In this document: positions 57,820-64,000 of the stretch, one piece after another | Layout: every line of letters starts with the position of its first letter | How positions within the stretch are numbered: the first letter of the stretch is position 1 | Origin: Candidatus Woesearchaeota archaeon | GTDB lineage: Archaea; Nanobdellota; Nanobdellia; Woesearchaeales; JBBIVF01 | Length of the DNA: 64,000 bases | Direction of reading: 5' to 3' | Assembly (NCBI GenBank): GCA_037439845.1 | Contig: JBBIVF010000001.1 | Span: 1,842 to 65,841, forward strand | Notes under the pieces: generated by a model | Told to the model about the DNA's origin: nothing | What the model saw: only the letters and a program-made list of their open reading frames with translations | The model's database searches: none | Position numbers and translations under genes: made by a program

Positions 57820-59058
57820 ATGAATAACGAAAAACCCAAAATCTCTGATTATTTTGAATCATTCATCAAAAAAACACCTATTTTCTTGGATAAAAAGGTA
57901 CTTCAAGCACCCTATATGCCAGAAAATATTCCTCACAGAGATAATGAAGTGCAAAAAATCGCAAACATACTTGCGCCTGTCTTAAGAATGGAAAAACCTT
58001 CAAATCTTTTCATATATGGAAAAACAGGGACCGGAAAGACACTATCTGTAAAGCACGTCTCCAATGAAATCCTCAAAATTGCTCAAAGAGAAAATATCAA
58101 TGTGAAAATATTCTATATTAATTGCAAATTGAAAAAAGTAACAGACACAGAATATAGATTACTGGCTCATCTTGTCAGTGGTTTCGGAAAAGAAATACCT
58201 CCAACAGGATTGCCTACTGATGAAGTATATAACATTTTTTTCAAGCTGCTTGATTCTGAAAAACAACTTGTAATATTGGTGCTGGATGAGATAGATCAAT
58301 TATATAAGACCGGAAATGAAATACTATATAATCTAACCAGGATAAATTCAGAGTTAAAAAATTCACAATTATCCATTGTAGGAATATCAAATGACCTGAC
58401 ATTCACCGACTCATTAGATCCAAGAGTAAAATCATCATTATCGGAAGAGGAGATAATATTTCCGCCATACAATGCAATCCAGCTTCAAGACATACTTTTC
58501 CAGAGAGCGAAATATGCATTCAGAGAAAACTCAATAACAGAAGGAGTAATTCACAAATGCGCGGCATACGCTGCAAGAGAACACGGAGATGCGAGAAGAG
58601 CACTTGAGCTTCTGAGAGTAGCAGGAGAATTGGCAGAAAGAGAAGGCTCTGATATTGTTCAATTAAAACACATAGATGAGGCAGAAGAAAAAATAGAGAA
58701 AGACAGGGTAATCGATATAACAAAGACACAACCAAAACAATTCCAGGCAACACTTTTCGCAATTCTCAGCATTGAAAACAAACAAAAAAACGACAAGCTA
58801 TCAAAACACAACAAACCAGCAATATATACAGGAGATGTCTATGACCTCTATAAAAGCATATGCGACAAGATAGGATTGAGACCCCTGACACAAAGAAGAG
58901 TGTCTGACATCCTCGCCGAGTTAGATATGATGGGAATAATCAATGCAAAAGTAATATCATATGGAAGATACGGCAGGACAAGAGAAATAACCGTATCATT
59001 GTCTCAGCAAGTGAGAGAAAATATAGAAAAAAACCTAAAGCAAGAACTCCATCTTTAG
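57820..59058 (+). CDS. cdc6: Orc1/Cdc6 replication initiator
   Basis: Walker A GKTGTGKT, Walker B LDEID and sensor motifs. C-terminal winged helix. 412 aa. Confidence 0.9.
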   Translation: MNNEKPKISDYFESFIKKTPIFLDKKVLQAPYMPENIPHRDNEVQKIANILAPVLRMEKPSNLFIYGKTGTGKTLSVKHVSNEILKIAQRENINVKIFYINCKLKKVTDTEYRLLAHLVSGFGKEIPPTGLPTDEVYNIFFKLLDSEKQLVILVLDEIDQLYKTGNEILYNLTRINSELKNSQLSIVGISNDLTFTDSLDPRVKSSLSEEEIIFPPYNAIQLQDILFQRAKYAFRENSITEGVIHKCAAYAAREHGDARRALELLRVAGELAEREGSDIVQLKHIDEAEEKIEKDRVIDITKTQPKQFQATLFAILSIENKQKNDKLSKHNKPAIYTGDVYDLYKSICDKIGLRPLTQRRVSDILAELDMMGIINAKVISYGRYGRTREITVSLSQQVRENIEKNLKQELHL

Positions 59059-59081
59059 TCTGGAGAAAATATTTTGCCAAC

Positions 59082-60521
59082 ATGAAAAAGAAAGAGATAA
59101 TTCAAGAGCTATTGAAAAAAGGCATTCTGATTTCAAAAGACCTTGAGGAAGAGGATTTCAATTTCATAGACCAAGAAAAATTAAACATCATTATCGCAAA
59201 CAATCCATTCATTCTGGACAAAAAATTACTTTTTTCCTTGTTTCCGGAAAAACAAGCACAGGGCAATTTCGAGATAGTAATGAATTATACCAAAACACCT
59301 GTCAAAAGAGAGATATCTCACTTTATTCAACATTTCGAGAAAAGATTTGAGGCAATAAAGAAAATATTAATGCAAAGAGACGAGCTCCAGAACATATTAT
59401 CAATAAATAGAATCTTCACAAAAGGTCAAAAAGAGCAGGTGGCGCTGATAGGGATGGTATATAACAAGCAGACAACAAAAAACGAGAACATAATACTCGA
59501 AATCGAGGACAAAACAGGCGTGGCAAAAGTGCTGGTCAATAAAAGCAAACCCGAATTACATAAAGAGGCAAAGGATATTGTGCTTGATGAAACCATAGGT
59601 GTTGTCGGCAGTATCGGAAACGGAATACTATTCGCGAATGAAATATATTTTCCAGATATTCCCACAACAAAAGAGCTTAAAAAAGCGCCTGAAGAAGTAT
59701 ATGCTCTTTTCCTGTCTGATACTCATGTAGGCAACAAAAAATTCCTGAAAGAGGAGTTCTCAAGGTTTTTGGACTGGCTTAATCAAAGAATAGGAGATGA
59801 AAATCAGAAGAACGTGGCATCAAAAGTCAGATACATATTCATCACAGGAGACCTTGTTGAGGGCGTCGGATATTATCCCAACCAAGAGAGTGAATTAGAC
59901 CCTGAAACGCCGGATATCAAGGCCCAGTATTCAAAACTTGCCTTTTATCTCAGCCAAATTCCGGAAAATATCACGATTTTCATATGCGCAGGAGACCACG
60001 ATGCCATGAGAATAGCACAACCCCAAGCACCTCTGTATGATGATTTCGCAGAAGACCTGTATAAAATAAATAATGTAAAAATACTCTCAAACCCATCTAT
60101 TGTCACAATACATAAAACACAAAAATTTCCAGGAATAGATGTGCTTCTTTATCACGGATACTCATTTATTTATTATTCAGACACAGTAGAAAGCATAAGG
60201 TCGCAAGGAGGTATGGAGAGAGCAGACCAAATAATGAAATTCCTGTTGAGAAGGAGGCATCTTTCACCCACTCATTCTGCCTCACTTTACATACCTGACC
60301 CGGAAAAAGATTATCTTATGATTGAAAAGGTTCCTGACATTATAACTTCTGGCCACATACACAAAGTTACCATCTCCAACTACAGAAACGTGTCTTTACT
60401 AAACAGCTCCTGCTGGTTGCCTTTGACAGATTATCAGGAAAAAAGAGGAATAAACCCTCATCCTGCGAGAGTGCTGTGCATGAATCTCCAGACAAGAGAA
60501 ACAAAGGTGCTCAGGTTTTAA
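59082..60521 (+). CDS. polD1: DNA polymerase II (PolD) small subunit DP1
   Basis: 479 aa. OB domain then a calcineurin-like phosphoesterase domain (LFLSDTHVG, ITGDLVEG, GDHD, GHIH). Confidence 0.85.
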   Translation: MKKKEIIQELLKKGILISKDLEEEDFNFIDQEKLNIIIANNPFILDKKLLFSLFPEKQAQGNFEIVMNYTKTPVKREISHFIQHFEKRFEAIKKILMQRDELQNILSINRIFTKGQKEQVALIGMVYNKQTTKNENIILEIEDKTGVAKVLVNKSKPELHKEAKDIVLDETIGVVGSIGNGILFANEIYFPDIPTTKELKKAPEEVYALFLSDTHVGNKKFLKEEFSRFLDWLNQRIGDENQKNVASKVRYIFITGDLVEGVGYYPNQESELDPETPDIKAQYSKLAFYLSQIPENITIFICAGDHDAMRIAQPQAPLYDDFAEDLYKINNVKILSNPSIVTIHKTQKFPGIDVLLYHGYSFIYYSDTVESIRSQGGMERADQIMKFLLRRRHLSPTHSASLYIPDPEKDYLMIEKVPDIITSGHIHKVTISNYRNVSLLNSSCWLPLTDYQEKRGINPHPARVLCMNLQTRETKVLRF

Positions 60522-60522
60522 A

Positions 60523-63500
60523 ATGAAAGAATACTTTGATGCAATAAATTCAGGAGTAATAGAGCAATTTAAGATAGCACAGAAAGCCAGAGAAAAAAAA
60601 CTCGACCCAGAAGACTATGTGGAAATACAATTAACAAAGAACATGGCTGAAAGGGTTGTAGGATTGATATCTGTGATTGCTCCTCAAATAAAGGATTCCG
60701 GTGTTGTGGAAAGGATAATAGAACTGGAAAAAGAATTCGGAATATTGGACTGGAGAGTGTGCCTGCAAATAGCTTTGGAGATAGCGCAGCAGAAATACTG
60801 CAAGTTCAATGACCAGAAAGAAGCAATTGAAGTAGGAATCAGAACAGGATTCGCATACTCAACAGTCGGAGTGGTATCTTCTCCTATAGAAGGATTCACC
60901 CATATTGATATCAAAGACAGATACGATAGAAAAGGAAAATATTTTTGCATAAATTTCGCAGGGCCGATAAGAAATGCAGGAGGAACAAATGCAGCCCTGT
61001 GTGTGCTTATCGCAGATTATGTCAGGAAAAAACTCGGATTTAGCAAATACGACCCTAATGAGCAAGAGATAAAGAGATGTTATACTGAATTATGCGATTA
61101 TCATGAGCGCGTTACTAATTTACAATATTTTCCGTCTGAAGAGGAGACAATTTTCTTGATGAAAAACATACCGATTGAAATAGGAGGCGAGCCTTCAGAA
61201 AAGGTTGAAGTATCCAACTATAAAGACATACCCAGAATACCAACAAATTACCTGCGTTCAGGATATTGCCTGCTACATTCTTCCTGTATTCCGCTAAAAG
61301 CACCCAAACTTTGGAAACAAATTTCTAAATGGGGAAAAGAATTTGATATGGATGACTGGAATTTTTTAGGCGAATTCTGCGAATTACAGAAAAAGATGAA
61401 GACAATGAAAAAACTCAATTCAGAAGAATCAAAATCAGAATCAATTTTGACACCTTCTTACACATATATTGCGGACATTGTAGCAGGAAGGCCTGTGCTT
61501 TCACATCCTCTTGCCTCAGGAGGACTAAGGCTGAGATATGGCAGGGCAAGAACAACAGGATACTCTGCTTGCGGACTACATCCTGCAACAATGCTTGTAT
61601 TGAATTCATTTATAGGAAACGCAACTCACATAAAACTTGAAAGACCGTCGAAAGGAGCTGCTATTACCTCTTGCTCAACGATTGAAGGACCGATAGTTAA
61701 ACTAGAAAACGGCAATGTAATATTTCTAGAAACAGAAGCACTGGCAAAACAACATAAAAAAGAGATAAAAGAAATACTTTATCTAGGAGACATATTAATT
61801 TCATACGGAGATTTCTTTAACAGGGCACATCCTCTTGTTCCTGCTGGATATTGCGAAGAATGGTGGATAAAAGAATTTGAAAAGGCCTGTGTGACACTTT
61901 TTGGCACATTAGATTTCAGCAAATTAGCTGAATTTTTGTCTATTGATGAAAGTACAATAAATAAAATATACAAAAAATACATGATAATAAAACCATCAGC
62001 AGAAGAAGCATTGACAATCTCAAAAAAAATGAACATTCCATTACATCCTTATTATACATATCATTTTTCACAAATATCTATTGAGAAAGCTGTTGAATTA
62101 CTTGAAGCGCTAAGAAACTCCACTATACAAGATGAAAAACTAATAATGAAAAATGAACCTCAAGTAAAAAGGGCACTAGAAATAATCGGAGTTCCTCATA
62201 TAAATGCCTCAAATGAATTCATTGTCATAGAAAAGCCTCATTCAAAAATAATCTTCTCTAATCTTATTTTATCAACCCAAAAAATTGATAATATCAAAAA
62301 AACTATCCCTCAATTCAACAACACAATAGATTTTCTTAATAGTTTTCTCGAGTATAAGATAAGAGACAAATCAGGAACATTTATAGGAGCGAGAATGGGG
62401 CGGCCAGAAAAAGCAAAAATCAGGAAGCTAAAAGGCAACCCTCATGGATTGTTTCCAGTAGGTGCTGAAGGAGGAAGAATGAGGTCGTTTCAGGCAGCAA
62501 TGCAAGCAGGAAAAGTAAGGTCTGATTTTCCTATCTTTTTTTGCAATAAATGTGAAAAGGAGACTATTTTTAAAATATGTGAAGAGTGCAGAACAGAGAC
62601 AACGCAAAAATATTATTGTGACCTGTGCGGAATTATTGACACAAAAACATGTGCTCATGGAAATGCAAAACCATTCCGAAAAAAAGATATCGATATAAAC
62701 AATTACATAAATAATTGCCTAGATAAATTGCAGATGAAAACTGCACCTGACTTGATAAAAGGAGTGAAAGGCACTTTCTCAGATGAGCATGTTCCAGAAC
62801 ATCCAATAAAAGCAATATTAAGAGCAAAACACGAGTTATATGTGAATAAAGACGGAACAGTAAGGTATGATTCCAGTGAAGTGCCAATAACACATTTCAA
62901 ACCAAAAGAGATAGGAGTAAGTATAGAGAGATTAAAATCATTGGGTTATGAAAAAGACATCAAAGGAGCGCCTTTGGAAGAAGAGGACCAAATACTTCAA
63001 CTTCTGCCTCAAGACATAATATTACCTTGCTCTCCTGAATCTCCTGATGAACCTGCTGACGAAATTTTATTCAGAACAGGATTGTTCATAGACGAGCTTT
63101 TAGAGAAATTCTACGGACTGCCAGCATTCTATAATTTCAAAAGCAAGGAAGATCTTGTTGGAGTGCTTGTTCTTGGCTTGGCGCCGCATACCTCTGCGGC
63201 TGCTGTCGGAAGAATAATTGGTTTTTCTAAGACACAAGGATTTTTAGCACATCCTGTTTTTCATGCTGCAATGAGAAGAGACTGCGATGGAGATGAAAGC
63301 TGTATTCTGTTGGTTATGGACGCTTTCCTGAATTTCTCAAGAAAATATCTGCCTGGAAAAAGAGGCTCTACAATGGATGCACCTCTTGTGGTGACACCCG
63401 TGATAAACATACAGGAAGTAGATGATATGGTTTTTGACCTTGATATTGCTTATTCTTATCCTCTTGAGTTATATACTGCTGCTTTAGAATTCAAAAAACC

Positions 63501-64000
63501 CTGGGATGTGAAAGTCAAGCAGATATCCTCTGTGTTATTGAACGAGAACCCATATTTAGACCTGGGTTTCACGCACGATACTGAAAATCTCAATATGGGC
63601 GTGCTTTGTTCCGCGTATAAAAAAATACCTTCCATGGAAGACAAGATGAAATCGCAGATGGAATTGGCAGAAAAAATAAGAGCAGTTGATGAAAATGATG
63701 TTGCCAGGCTGGTCATAGAAAAACATTTTTTAAAAGATATCAGAGGAAATCTTAGAAAATTCTCACAGCAAAAATTCAGATGCTCAAAATGCAATGAGTC
63801 ATACAGAAGGCCTCCTTTACTTGGAGCGTGCCTGAAATGTAACGGCAATATTATCTTCACGATTTCTGAAGGATTCATAACAAAGTACCTTGAACCCTCG
63901 TTATCTCTTGCCAAGAAGTATGCAATTCCAGAGTACCTGAAACAGACATTAGAACTCACAAAAAGGCTGGTTGAAGGAAATTTCGGAAGAGAAAAAGAAA
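60523..64000 (+). CDS. polD2: DNA polymerase II (PolD) large subunit DP2, 5' portion; continues beyond the window
   Basis: ATG at 60523, 1 nt after the DP1 stop. The open frame runs to the window end. FCINFAGPIRNAGGTNAA and the Zn finger CSKCNESYRRPPLLGACLKCNG are DP2 hallmarks. It is missing from the ORF track only because no stop codon falls within the window. Confidence 0.85.
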   Translation, partial: MKEYFDAINSGVIEQFKIAQKAREKKLDPEDYVEIQLTKNMAERVVGLISVIAPQIKDSGVVERIIELEKEFGILDWRVCLQIALEIAQQKYCKFNDQKEAIEVGIRTGFAYSTVGVVSSPIEGFTHIDIKDRYDRKGKYFCINFAGPIRNAGGTNAALCVLIADYVRKKLGFSKYDPNEQEIKRCYTELCDYHERVTNLQYFPSEEETIFLMKNIPIEIGGEPSEKVEVSNYKDIPRIPTNYLRSGYCLLHSSCIPLKAPKLWKQISKWGKEFDMDDWNFLGEFCELQKKMKTMKKLNSEESKSESILTPSYTYIADIVAGRPVLSHPLASGGLRLRYGRARTTGYSACGLHPATMLVLNSFIGNATHIKLERPSKGAAITSCSTIEGPIVKLENGNVIFLETEALAKQHKKEIKEILYLGDILISYGDFFNRAHPLVPAGYCEEWWIKEFEKACVTLFGTLDFSKLAEFLSIDESTINKIYKKYMIIKPSAEEALTISKKMNIPLHPYYTYHFSQISIEKAVELLEALRNSTIQDEKLIMKNEPQVKRALEIIGVPHINASNEFIVIEKPHSKIIFSNLILSTQKIDNIKKTIPQFNNTIDFLNSFLEYKIRDKSGTFIGARMGRPEKAKIRKLKGNPHGLFPVGAEGGRMRSFQAAMQAGKVRSDFPIFFCNKCEKETIFKICEECRTETTQKYYCDLCGIIDTKTCAHGNAKPFRKKDIDINNYINNCLDKLQMKTAPDLIKGVKGTFSDEHVPEHPIKAILRAKHELYVNKDGTVRYDSSEVPITHFKPKEIGVSIERLKSLGYEKDIKGAPLEEEDQILQLLPQDIILPCSPESPDEPADEILFRTGLFIDELLEKFYGLPAFYNFKSKEDLVGVLVLGLAPHTSAAAVGRIIGFSKTQGFLAHPVFHAAMRRDCDGDESCILLVMDAFLNFSRKYLPGKRGSTMDAPLVVTPVINIQEVDDMVFDLDIAYSYPLELYTAALEFKKPWDVKVKQISSVLLNENPYLDLGFTHDTENLNMGVLCSAYKKIPSMEDKMKSQMELAEKIRAVDENDVARLVIEKHFLKDIRGNLRKFSQQKFRCSKCNESYRRPPLLGACLKCNGNIIFTISEGFITKYLEPSLSLAKKYAIPEYLKQTLELTKRLVEGNFGREKE

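Noticed and set aside
50571-64000. Checked MCM, Orc1/Cdc6, DP1 and DP2 for inteins
   Set aside because: Protein lengths and motif spacing are canonical and continuous, and no intein-like insertion is visible.

Overview
This is a very AT-rich archaeal chromosomal segment (about 30% GC by eye), with compact co-directional operons and many small Lys/Ile/Asn-rich proteins. It carries a dense set of archaeal information-processing genes. Replication genes: RFC small subunit, PCNA, MCM, Orc1/Cdc6, and the PolD small (DP1) and large (DP2) subunits immediately after Orc1/Cdc6. Transcription and translation genes: TBP, TFE, L34e, L14e, KsgA/Dim1, Pelota, the pheS-pheT pair, AlaX, a partial TyrRS and one tRNA-Leu(CAA). 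Repair and other genes: Hef helicase-nuclease, Mre11, a HerA-like ATPase, endonuclease III, endonuclease IV, Tag glycosylase and SecD/SecF. The Orc1/Cdc6-DP1-DP2 order, preceded by a 7-copy 17-bp tandem repeat block and an extremely AT-rich stretch, looks like an oriC locus. The accessory content is dominated by secreted, Cys-rich or membrane proteins. The main example is a 5-gene minus-strand cluster (3320..10805): three tandem paralogous lipoproteins, a 992-aa multi-pass membrane protein with an unambiguous lytic-transglycosylase (SLT) domain, and an N-anchored protein. Others are a HEAT-repeat lipoprotein coupled to a Cys-rich secreted zincin-like protein, and a three-gene array of paralogous coiled-coil proteins co-operonic with hef. 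Further items of note: (1) an array of the 10-bp palindrome CGTTATAACG, both intergenic and inside a wHTH gene; (2) a pheS interrupted at an A10 homopolymer; (3) a multiply disrupted purF remnant; (4) two TrmB-family paralogs sharing a 73-nt identical block; (5) further apparent frameshifted small genes. The reduced biosynthesis (purF decay) and the wealth of surface proteins fit a small-genome host-associated archaeon, possibly DPANN, but that is inference. No CRISPR array, rRNA or obvious transposon was seen.
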